Positions 1 to 12,800 of a stretch of 64,000 nucleotides of DNA are shown piece after piece. The translations under genes were made by a program, and so were the position numbers. The notes below the pieces were generated by a model. That model did no database searches. It was not told where the DNA came from and worked only from the letters and a program-made list of their open reading frames with translations. The DNA is from Eledone cirrhosa. Its lineage: Eukaryota. How positions within the stretch are numbered: position 1 is the stretch's first letter; each line of letters begins with the position of its first letter. The stretch covers positions 376,526,001 through 376,590,000 of the forward strand of contig OZ024742.1 in assembly GCA_964016885.1 (NCBI GenBank), given 5' to 3'.

Positions 1-411
1 ATATAATAATACAGACAGAGTGTAATATAATAATACATACAGAGTGTAATATAATAATACAGAGAGTGTGTAATATAATAATACAGAGAGTGTAATATAA
101 TAATACAGACAGAGTGTAATATAATAATACAGACAGAGTGTAATATAATAATACAGACAGAGTGTAATATAATAATACAGACAGAGCGTAATATAATAAT
201 ACAGAGAGAGAGTAATATAATAATACAGACAGAGTGTAATATAATAATACAGACAGAGTGTAATATAATAATACAGACAGAGTGTAATATAATAATACAG
301 ACAGAGTGTAATATAACAATACAGACAGAGTGTAATATAATAATACAGACAGAGTGTAATATAATAATACAGATAGAGTGTAATATAATAATACAGACAG
401 AGTGTAATATA
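1..411. repeat. 24-bp satellite array (continues off the left edge)
   Basis: Tandem AATATAATAATACAGACAGAGTGT units; the variant order matches 38637-39047. Confidence 0.98.
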
Positions 412-417
412 TATTTC

Positions 418-423
418 TTTATT
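418..423 (-). promoter_or_regulatory. AATAAA polyadenylation-signal-like hexamer at the LINE 3' end (copy 1; copy 2 at 39054-39059)
   Basis: The minus strand reads ...GGCTAATAAAGAAATA and then satellite. No poly(A) tract follows. Confidence 0.5.
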
Positions 424-650
424 AGCCACAGGGGCACAAAAGAAGGGGACAAATACAAAGGGGGAAGTTTACATACAATAAAAACGTGTAAAATGTTATC
501 ACAGATGGAATTTAAAAGTTAGTCGATTTTCCCCAATAGAGGGAGACAGTTTATATGGGTAACACAGACCCCCGAAAAAAATGTGCAACCCTCATCTCCA
601 GGAGTACGAAGAGCTTGTACTCCTTTCCTCTCCTCCTCCTTTTCCTCAAC

Positions 651-3600
651 CTACAGGCTGATATAGAGAGAAGGCCCATTCACTCGGGCCATTCTCGCCA
701 CTTTTACCCACCTTTCATAAAACTTGCTGGGGTACAGCACCTCTCTCTCCATCCTGATTCTTCTTCCAAAGTGGTATTTGAAAAAAAGAATCAGTTGTTG
801 GCCGGAGAGAAAGGTGTCTGACCTCAGCCCTTTCAACCTTGTCCACCATACAACCTCTTTCGCCATAGCTATCACACAAAGGAAAACCGCCTCTCCTTCG
901 TTTTTGAAGGAGGGTGGCGGTTTGATCATGACAATGGACTCGGTGGTTAACTGGATTGGTCCCACCCGCGACAATAGTCGTTCTACATAGCCCCACAGGT
1001 CAGTGACGCCCGGGCAGTGTATGAATGCGTGCGCGACGGTTTCTTCGTCTCGCACGCACCTCGGACAAATCTTTTTTGCAGGGTCCCTGCCCGGGCGCCC
1101 ATGTCTGTAGAGCTTGTCTCGAACTGGTAGAGCTCCTCGGTAGCACTGCCAGGCCAGGGACTTTTGGAAGTTGTCCATCGGTCCCGGGCGGAAGGTCCTA
1201 CCGAACAGACTGGCCAGTTCATCTTCCTCCACGCCTAGAGTTTCACCGAGCGCGTCGTCGCACTTGCTGCGGATCAACCCTCTATAGAATGACGAAGTGG
1301 AGTCTCCACTGATCGCTGGGTCCGCCTGCCAGAGGGCTGTGAGCGCCTGAGCACATTCGATGTGCCAGTCGCCCATTTTCCTCGGTCTCTGCTTGACCCA
1401 GGACTGCAGCTCGGTCAGCGAGACGAGTCGTGGGAAGGCTCACCTCACGAACGGGGCCCACACCGGTTGTCCGGTGAGGAATACGTAGAGATGCCGCAGC
1501 CTGAGCGCGTGTTTGCGCATCGTCAACCACGGCATCCCCAGCCCTCCGTTAGAAGGGTGTTGGCAGCAGATGGATCTTCTTACCAAAGGAGCCCGCCTCT
1601 TCCAAAGGAATCGGAAGAGAGCGCGCTCCATTTTGGCGAGCGTTTTGGCTGGACAAGGCACGACGGTCAAGCGGTAGTAGATGGCGGACGCTATAAAAGT
1701 GTTCGCCACCTCCGCTCGACCTTTCAAGGATAGTTTGCACTCGGCCCACTTCTGGGTGAGTGCAAACACCTTGGCCGTCACTTCGTTCCAGTTCTTCTCC
1801 ACCTGGAGGTCCGGACCAAACCAGACCCCGAGCAGCTTTACCGGTCCTTCCGTCCAGCGTCCGACGACGCCATCGGAAGGCATCGGTCTGCCTCTCCACG
1901 ATCCGAGTTGCAAACCGATGGACTTGTCCCGGTTCAGCTTCGCTCCTGTGAGACTTTCGTATTCCTTTAGTAAGGTGCCGACTTCCTCGATTTGCGAGGC
2001 GCTCGACACCATTACTGTAACGTCGTCGGCGTAGGCCGACGCCGTTTTCCGCAGTCCCGGTTCCAGAGGGATGCCCTGCAATAGCTCCAGCTTCCGCAGT
2101 AGTGGCTCGAGAGTCAGTACGTACAGAAGGGAGGAGAGAGGGCATCCCTGTCGAATGGATCGCGTAATATGGAACGGCTCCGAGAGGTAACCGTTCACCT
2201 TGACCCTTGAGCAGATGTTGCTGTTGTGCATTGCAGCAATCCAGCCCCTGAACACGGGTCCGAAGCCTGCCGCCTCGAGCACCGCATCCAGGTAACGATG
2301 GTCAACCCTATCGAAAGCCTTAGACTGATCCAAGTTGATCAGGGCCCCACCGAAGCCGGGTTTACACCCTACCCTCTCTATGATGTATCGCATGAGGTGG
2401 AGGTTGTCGTGTATGGACCTGGTCGGGATCGCGCATGTCTGCGCTTCTCCCACCAGGTTCTCGACGACAAGCGCCAGCCTCTTTGCCAACACCTTGGCCA
2501 AAATCTGTAACTCTGTGTTTAGCAGAGTTATGGGCCGGAAGTTGCCTATGTCATCCCCCTTATTCTCGTCCTTCCTGATTAGTGTGACCACGCCCCCGGT
2601 TACAGAACTGGGAATTCTCCCGTTCTGTTGCCAGTTGCAGTAGACTGCTTCCAGGAGACCGGAGAATAAGTCCGGCATTGCTACGTAAAATTCGTAGGGT
2701 AGACCGTCGAGACCTGGAGATTTGCGTTTGCCGCATTGGCTCAGCGCGTCCCCTATCTCAGTGGCTGAAATCGGCTTTTCGCAGAACTTCGCCTCACTGT
2801 CCGAGAGTCGCGGTAGGCCGTCGAGGTATGGACCGAAATCCATAGCCTCTCCCGGCGCGCCGCTCCCCCCGAACAGCCGAGCAAAGTGCCGCTGAAAAGC
2901 CGCACACATCTGCTTCGGCTCACGTATCACGCGTCCGTTTTGGTCCTTCAAAGACCGAATCGTGGACTTGTTGCCACTTTTTGCCTCCGTCACTCGGGCC
3001 CAGCTAACAGCTTTGGCTCCCTCGTTTCCCAGAGCACGTATTTTGCTTCTGACAACGCAGCCCTCGTGCTTTGCGTCGACGAACTGGTCCAAGGCCGTTC
3101 TCGTTGCTAGCACGCTGGCTACGTTGCCACTTCTACTTTATCTACCAGTTCCTTCTCGGTTCTATTTCTATCTAACGCTAATTCTTTACTAAAAACTATC
3201 GAGTCTAATCTAACTGCCCTCTTGAGAGAGTACCACCATCTGTTGTTGACAATGGCCCCTGTCAAGTGCTGTTTAACTAAAGTGCTAATCCGTCTACTGT
3301 AGGCTTTGCTTGTCGGTAGCGACAAGTTCAGCTTCCAGTAGCCGGGTCCTTGTCTATGGGTTCTATCAAGGTTGGCCATGCAGGTCACTAGTTTGTGATC
3401 TGAATAGGCAACCATGAACATTTGTGGACAGCTTAACATGTCCCTATCCTTATTTCTAACTAGAACCCTATCTAGGTACGATCTAGATGTTCCGCTACGA
3501 TTACTCCACGTCCACATTGGCGCAGTCGGAAAATCTAGTCGATATCTATCGGCCAGGTCAAATCGGCCGATTAACTGTTTGAGGCTGTTACACCCCCCTT

Positions 3601-3847
3601 TGTCGGGACATGCTCCCACATAGTCCCAACGTGCATCTAGGATTCCATTCCAGTCCCCCACTAAAAGCAAGGAGCGGGACGTTCCCAGAAAAGTCTCTAG
3701 ACGTTTGAAGAAGTCTGGCCGCGGTGTCCCGGATGGGGCATATGCGGCCACCAGCCTGAAGGCTCCACCTTCACTATCGTGAACCTCTAGGACCACCAGT
3801 CAACCCTCCGGGTCCAGATGTACCGTCTGTGTTACGAAGCCCAGGTG
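651..3847 (-). pseudogene. Disrupted LINE ORF2: APE endonuclease + reverse transcriptase + C-terminal CCHC (zf-RVT-like)
   Basis: EN motifs YAP, LLVGDWN, TWSN, SYLDRVL, SDH (3119-3796). RT motifs KSPGLDG, FRPITLLN, LDQSKAFDRV, RQGCPLS, YADD (1440-3113). CPRC..ETVAHAFIHC in 651-1376. Lesions: in-frame TGA at 3800-3802 (DPEG*LVVL), a frameshift near 3120-3140, and an in-frame TGA at 1440-1442 (PFVR*AFPR, continuing in frame into the 651-1376 ORF). Confidence 0.93.
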
Positions 3848-6800
3848 TAATACAGACAGAGTGTAATATATTAATACAGACAGAGTGTAATATAATAATA
3901 CAGACAAAGTGTAATATAATAATACAGACAGAGTGTAATATAATAATACAGACAGAGTGTAATATAATAATACAGAGAGAGAGTAATATAATAATACAGA
4001 CAGAGTGTAATATAATAATACAGACAGTGTGTAATATAATAATACAGACAAAGTGTAATATAATAATACAGACAGAGTGTAATATAATAATACAGACAGA
4101 GTGTAATATAATAATACAGAGAGAGAGTAATATAATAATACAGACAGAGTGTAATATAACAATACAGACAGGGTGTAATATATTAATACAGTGAGAGTGT
4201 AATATAATAATACAGAGAGAGAGTAATATAATAATACAGACAGAGTGTAATATAATAATACAGAGAGAGTGTAATATAATAATACAGACAGAGTGTAATA
4301 TAATAATACAGACAGAGTGTAATATAATAATACAGATAGAGTGTAATATAATAATACAGAGAGTGTAATATAATAATACAGACAGAGTGTAATATAATAA
4401 TACAGACAGAGTGTAATATAATAATACAGACAGAGTGTAATATAATAAGACAGACAAAGTGTAATATAATAATACAGACAGAGTGTAATATAATAATACA
4501 TAGAGTGTAATAATACAGACAGAGTGTAATATAATAATACAGACAGAGTGTAATATAATAATACAGAGAGAGTGTAATATAATAATACAGACAGAGTGTA
4601 ATATAATAATACAGACAGAGTGTAATATAATAATACAGACAGAGCGTAATATAATAATACAGAGAGAGAGTAATATAATAATACAGAGAGAGAGTAATAT
4701 AATAATACAGACAGAGTGTAATATAATAATACAGTGTGTGTAATATAATAATGCAGACAGAGTGTAATATAATAATACAGACAGAGTGTAATATATTAAT
4801 ACAGACAGAGTGTAATATAATAATACAGACAGAGTGTAATATAATAATACAGAGAGAGAGTAATATAATAATACAGACAGAGTGTAATATAATAATACAG
4901 AGAGTGTAATATAATAATACAGAGAGAGAGTAATATAATAATACAGACAGAGTGTAATATAATAATACAGACAGAGTGTAATATAATAATACAGACAGGG
5001 TGTAATATATTAATACAGACAGAGTGTAATTTAATAATACAGAGAGTGTAATATAATAATACAGACAGAGTGTAATATAATAATACAGACAGAGTGTAAT
5101 ATAATAATACAGACAGAGTGTAATTTAATAATACAGAGAGTGTAATATAATAATACAGACAGAGTGTAATATAATAATACAGACAGAGTGTAATATAATA
5201 ATACAGACAGAGTGTAATATAATAATACAGACAGAGTGTAATATAATAATACAGACAGAGTGTAATATAATAATACAGACAGAGTGTAATATAATAATAC
5301 AGACAGAGTGTAATATAATAATACAGACAGAGTGTAATTTAATAATACAGAGAGTGTAATATAATAATACAGAGAGAGAGTAATATAATAATACAGACAG
5401 AGTGTAATATAACAATACAGACAGAGTGTAATATAACAATACAGACAGAGTGTAATATAATAATACAGACAGAGTGTAATATAATAATACAGAGAGAGAG
5501 TAATATAATAATACAGACAGAGTGTAATATAATAATACAGAGAGAGAGTAATATAATAATACAGACAGAGTGTAATATAATAATACAGAGAGAGAGAGTA
5601 ATATAATAATACAGACAGACTGTAATATAATAATACAGACAGAGTGTAATATAACAATACAGACAGAGTGTAATATAATAATACAGACAGAGTGTAATAT
5701 AATAATACAGACAGAGTGTAATATAATAATACAGACAGAGTGTAATATAATAATACAGACAGAGTGTAATATAATAATACAGATAGAGTGTAATATATTA
5801 ATACAGACAGAGTGTAATATAATAATACAGACAGAGTGTAATATAATAATACAGACAGAGTGTAATATATTAATACAGACAGAGTGTAATATAATAATAC
5901 AGACAGAGTGTAATATAATAATACAGACAGAGTGTAATATAATAATACAGACAGAGTGTAATATATTAATACAGACAGAGTGTAATATAATAATACAGAG
6001 AGTGTAATATAATAATACAGACAGAGTGTAATATATTAATACAGACAGAGTGTAATATAATAATACAGACAGAGTGTAATATAATAATACATACAGAGTG
6101 TAATATAATAATACATACAGAGTGTAATATATTAATACAGACAGAGTGTAATATAATAATACAGACAGAGTGTAATATATTAATACAGACAGAGTGTAAT
6201 ATATTAATACAGACAGAGTGTAATATAATAATACAGAGAGTCTAATATAATAATACAGACAGAGTGTAATATAATAATACAGACAGAGTGTAATATAATA
6301 ATACAGACAGAGTGTAATATAATAATACAGAGAGTGTAATATAATAATACAGACAGAGTGTAATATAATAATACAGACAGAGTGTAATATAATAATACAG
6401 AGAGTGTAATATAATAAGACAGACAGAGTGTAATATAATAAGACAGACAGAGTGTAATATAATAATACAGACAGAGTGTAATATAATAATACAGACAGAG
6501 TGTAATATAATAATACAGAGAGTGTAATATAATAATACAGACAGAGTGTAATATATTAATACAGACAGAGTGTAATATAATAATACAGAGAGTGTAATAT
6601 AATAATACAGACAGAGTGTAATATAATAATACAGACAGAGTGTAATATAATAATACAGACAGAGTGTAATATAATAATACAGACAGAGTGTAATATAATA
6701 ATACAGACAGAGTGTAATATAATAATACAGAGTGTGTAATATAATAATACAGACAGAGTGTAATATAATAATACAGAGAGTGTAATATAATAATACAGAC

Positions 6801-9800
6801 AGAGTGTAATATAATAATACAGACAGAGTGTAATATAATAATACAGAGAGTGTAATATAATAAGACAGACAGAGTGTAATATAATAATACAGACAGAGTG
6901 TAATATAATAATACAGACAGAGTGTAATATAATAATACAGACAGAGTGTAATTTAATAATACAGAGAGTGTAATATAATAATACAGACAGAGTGTAATAT
7001 AATAATACAGACAGAGTGTAATATAATAATACAGACAGAGTGTAATATAATAATACAGACAGAGTGTAATATAATAATACAGACAGAGTGTAATATAATA
7101 ATACAGACAGAGTGTAATATAATAATACAGAGAGAGAGTAATATAATAATACAGACAGAGTGTAATATAATAATACAGAGAGAGAGTAATATAATAATAC
7201 AGACAGAGTGTAATATAACAATACAGACAGAGTGTAATATAACAATACAGACAGAGTGTAATATAATAATACAGACAGAGTGTAATATAATAATACAGAG
7301 AGAGAGTAATATAATAATACAGACAGAGTGTAATATAATAATACAGAGAGAGAGTAATATAATAATACAGACAGAGTGTAATATAATAATACAGACAGAG
7401 TGTAATATAATAATACAGAGAGAGAGTAATATAATAATACAGACAGAGTGTAATATAATAATACAGACAGAGTGTAATATAATAATACAGAGAGAGAGTA
7501 ATATAATAATACAGACAGAGTGTAATATAATAATACAGAGAGAGAGTAATATAATAATACAGACAGAGTGTAATATAATAATACAGAGAGAGAGAGTAAT
7601 ATAATAATACAGACAGACTGTAATATAATAATACAGACAGAGTGTAATATAACAATACAGACAGAGTGTAATATAATAATACAGACAGAGTGTAATATAA
7701 TAATACAGACAGAGTGTAATATAATAATACAGACAGAGTGTAATATAATAATACAGACAGAGTGTAATATAATAATACAGACAGAGTGTAATATATTAAT
7801 ACAGACAGAGTGTAATATAATAATACAGACAGAGTGTAATATAATAATACAGACAGAGTGTAATATATTAATACAGACAGAGTGTAATATAATAATACAG
7901 ACAGAGTGTAATATAATAATACAGACAGAGTGTAATATAATAATACAGACAGAGTGTAATATATTAATACAGACAGAGTGTAATATAATAATACAGAGAG
8001 TGTAATATAATAATACAGACAGAGTGTAATATATTAATACAGACAGAGTGTAATATAATAATACAGACAGAGTGTAATATAATAATACATACAGAGTGTA
8101 ATATAATAATACATACAGAGTGTAATATAATAATACAGAGAGTGTAATATAATAATACAGACAGACTGTAATATAATAATACAGACAGAGTGTAATATAA
8201 TAATACATACAGAGTGTAATATAATAATACAGAGAGTGTAATATAATAATACAGACAGAGTGTAATATATTAATACAGACAGAGTGTAATATAATAATAC
8301 AGACAGAGTGTAATATATTAATACAGACAGAGTGTAATATATTAATACAGACAGAGTGTAATATAATAATACAGAGAGTCTAATATAATAATACAGACAG
8401 AGTGTAATATAATAATACAGACCGACTGTAATATAATAATACAGACAGAGTGTAATATAATAATACAGATAGAGTGTAATATAATAATACAGACAAAGTG
8501 TAATATAATAATACAGACAGAGTGTAATATAATAATACAGAGAGTGTAATATAATAATACAGACAGAGTGTAATATAATAATACAGAGAGTGTAATATAA
8601 TAATACAGACAGAGTGTAATATAATAATACAGACAGAGTGTAATATAATAATACAGACAGAGTGTAACATAATGAGACAGACAAAGTGTAATATAATAAT
8701 ACAGACAGAGTGTAATATAATAATACATAGAGTGTAATATAATAATACAGACAGAGTGTAATATAATAATACAGACAGAGTGTAATATAATAATACAGAG
8801 AGTGTAATATAATAATACAGACAGAGTGTAATATAATAATACAGACAGAGTGTAATATATTAATACAGACAGAGTGTAATATAATAATACAGAGAGTGTA
8901 ATATAATAATACAGACAGAGTGTAATATAATAATACAGACAGAGTGTAATATAATAATACAGACAGAGTGTAATATAATAATACAGAGAGTGTAATATAA
9001 TAATACAGACAGAGTGTAATATAATAATACAGACAGAGTGTAATATAATAATACAGAGAGTGTAATATAATAAGACAGACAGAGTGTAATATAATAATAC
9101 AGACAGAGTGTAATATAATAATACAGACAGAGTGTAATATAATAATACAGACAGAGTGTAATATAATAATACAGAGAGTGTAATATAATAATACAGACAG
9201 AGTGTAATATATTAATACAGACAGAGTGTAATATAATAATACAGAGAGTGTAATATAATAATACAGACAGAGTGTAATATAATAATACAGACAGAGTGTA
9301 ATATAATAATACAGACAGAGTGTAATATAATAATACAGACAGAGTGTAATATAATAATACAGAGTGTGTAATATAATAATACAGACAGAGTGTAATATAA
9401 TAATACAGAGAGTGTAATATAATAATACAGACAGAGTGTAATATAATAATACAGACAGAGTGTAATATAATAATACAGACAGAGTGTAATATAAAAATAC
9501 AGACAGAGTGTAATATAATAATACAGACAGAGTGTAATATAATAATGCAGACAGAGTGTAATATAATAATACAGACAGAGTGTAATATAATAATACAGAC
9601 AGAGTGTAATATAATAATACAGATAGAGTGTAATATAATAAAACAGATAGAGTGTAATATAATAATACAGACAAAGTGTAATATAATAATACAGACAGAG
9701 TGTAATATAATAATACAGAGAGTGTAATATAATAATACAGACAGAGTGTAATATAATAATACAGACAGAGTGTAATATAATAATACAGAGAGTGTAATAT

Positions 9801-12800
9801 AATAATACAGACAGAGTGTAATATAATAATACAGACAGAGTGTAATATAATAATACAGACAGAGTGTAATATAATAAGACAGACAAAGTGTAATATAATA
9901 ATACAGACAGAGTGTAATATAATAAGACAGACAAAGTGTAATATAATAATACAGACAGAGCGTAATATAATAATACATAGAGTGTAATAATACAGACAGA
10001 GTGTAATATAATAATACAGACAGAGTGTAATATATTAATACAGACAGAGTGTAATATAATAATACAGAGAGTGTAATATAATAATACAGACAGAGTGTAA
10101 TATATTAATACAGACAGAGTGTAATATAATAATACAGAGAGTGTAATATAATAATACAGACAGAGTGTAATATAATAATACAGACAGAGTGTAATATAAT
10201 AATACAGAGAGTGTAATATAATAATACAGACAGAGTGTAATATAATAATACAGACAGAGTGTAATATAATAATACAGAGAGTGTAATATAATAATACAGA
10301 CAGATTGTAATATAATAATACAGACAGAGTGTAATATAATAATGCAGACAGAGTGTAATATAATAATACAGACAGTGTGTAATATAATAATACAGAGTGT
10401 GTAATATAATAATACAGACAGAGTGTAATATAATAATACAGACAGTGTGTAATATAATAATACAGAGAGTGTAATATAATAATACATAGAGTGTAATATA
10501 ATAATACAGACAGAGTGTAATATAATAATACAGACAGAGTGTAATATAATAATACAGAGAGTGTAATATAATAATACAGACAGATTGTAATATAATAATA
10601 CAGACAGAGTGTAATATAATAATACAGATTGTGTAATATAATAATACAGACAGAGTGTAATATAATAATACAGACAGAGTGTAATATATTAATACAGACA
10701 GAGCGTAATATAATAATACAGACAGAGTGTAATATAATAATACAGAGAGAGAGTAATATAATAATACAGACAGAGTGTAATATAATAATACAGAGAGTGT
10801 AATATAATAATACAGAGAGAGAGAGTAATATAATAATACAGACAGAGTGTAATATAATAATACAGACAGAGTGTAATATAATAATACAGACAGGGTGTAA
10901 TATATTAATACAGACAGAGTGTAATTTAATAATACAGAGAGTGTAATATAATAATACAGACAGAGTGTAATATAATAATACAGACAGAGTGTAATATAAT
11001 AATACAGACAGAGTGTAATTTAATAATACAGAGAGTGTAATATAATAATACAGACAGAGTGTAATATAATAATACAGACAGAGTGTAATATAATAATACA
11101 GACAGAGTGTAATATAATAATACAGACAGAGTGTAATATAATAATACAGACAGAGTGTAATATAATAATACAGACAGAGTGTAATATAATAATACAGACA
11201 GAGTGTAATATAATAATACAGACAGAGTGTAATTTAATAATACAGAGAGTGTAATATAATAATACAGACAGAGTGTAATATAATAATACAGACAGAGTGT
11301 AATATAATAATACAGACAGAGTGTAATATAATAATACAGACAGAGTGTAATATAATAATACAGAGAGAGAGTAATATAATAATACAGACAGAGTGTAATA
11401 TAATAATACAGAGAGAGAGTAATATAATAATACAGACAGAGTGTAATATAACAATACAGACAGAGTGTAATATAACAATACAGACAGAGTGTAATATAAT
11501 AATACAGACAGAGTGTAATATAATAATACAGAGAGAGAGTAATATAATAATACAGACAGAGTGTAATATAATAATACAGAGAGAGAGTAATATAATAATA
11601 CAGAGAGAGAGTAATATAATAATACAGACAGAGTGTAATATAATAATACAGACAGATTGTAATATAATAATACAGAGAGAGAGTAATATAATAATACAGA
11701 CAGAGTGTAATATAATAATACAGAGAGAGAGTAATATAATAATACAGACAGAGTGTAATATAATAATACAGACAGAGTGTAATATAATAATACAGAGAGA
11801 GAGTAATATAATAATACAGACAGAGTGTAATATAATAATACAGACAGAGTGTAATATAATAATACAGAGAGAGAGTAATATAATAATACAGACAGAGTGT
11901 AATATAATAATACAGAGAGAGAGAGTAATATAATAATACAGACAGACTGTAATATAATAATACAGACAGAGTGTAATATAACAATACAGACAGAGTGTAA
12001 TATAATAATACAGACAGAGTGTAATATAATAATACAGACAGAGTGTAATATAATAATACAGACAGAGTGTAATATAATAATACAGACAGAGTGTAATATA
12101 ATAATACAGACAGAGTGTAATATATTAATACAGACAGAGTGTAATATAATAATACAGACAGAGTGTAATATACTAATACAGACAGAGTGTAATATATTAA
12201 TACAGACAGAGTGTAATATAATAATACAGACAGAGTGTAATATAATAATACAGACAGAGTGTAATATAATAATACAGACAGAGTGTAATATATTAATACA
12301 GACAGAGTGTAATATAATAATACAGACAGAGTGTAATATAATAATACAGACAGAGTGTAATATATTAATACAGACAGAGTGTAATATAATAATACAGAGA
12401 GTGTAATATAATAATACAGACAGAGTGTAATATATTAATACAGACAGAGTGTAATATAATAATACAGACAGAGTGTAATATAATAATACATACAGAGTGT
12501 AATATAATAATACATACAGAGTGTAATATATTAATACAGACAGAGTGTAATATAATAATACAGACAGAGTGTAATATATTAATACAGACAGAGTGTAATA
12601 TATTAATACAGACAGAGTGTAATATAATAATACAGAGAGTCTAATATAATAATACAGACAGAGTGTAATATAATAATACAGACAGAGTGTAATATAATAA
12701 TACAGACAGAGTGTAATATAATAATACAGAGAGTGTAATATAATAATACAGACAGAGTGTAATATAATAATACAGACAGAGTGTAATATAATAATACAGA

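Larger units (their letters stand above)
412..3847 (-). mobile_element. 5'-truncated non-LTR retrotransposon (L1 clade, Tx1-like), copy 1
   Basis: GC-richer unique sequence in the satellite, containing EN-RT-zinc finger ORF2 remnants and a ~240-bp 3' UTR. No ORF1 or 5' UTR; it starts inside the endonuclease domain. The Tx1-like call rests on motif style (GPGYWKLN, FRPITLLN, GGLG, CCHC tail), not on a phylogeny. Confidence 0.93.

Noticed and set aside
1440-3113. RT beside a repeat array as a retron, DGR, telomerase or repeat-synthesising system
   Set aside because: The RT is flanked by an APE endonuclease and a CCHC domain typical of LINE ORF2, is truncated and disrupted, and carries no copy of the monomer that could act as a template.
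555-3623. Short + strand and alternate-frame ORFs inside the LINE (and at 39191-42259)
   Set aside because: Shadow frames of GC-rich ORF2 with no recognisable motifs.
3800-4501. Satellite-derived ORF fused in frame to the start of the LINE remnant
   Set aside because: A chance product of the stop-free minus strand; it ends at the TGA about 15 codons into the element.
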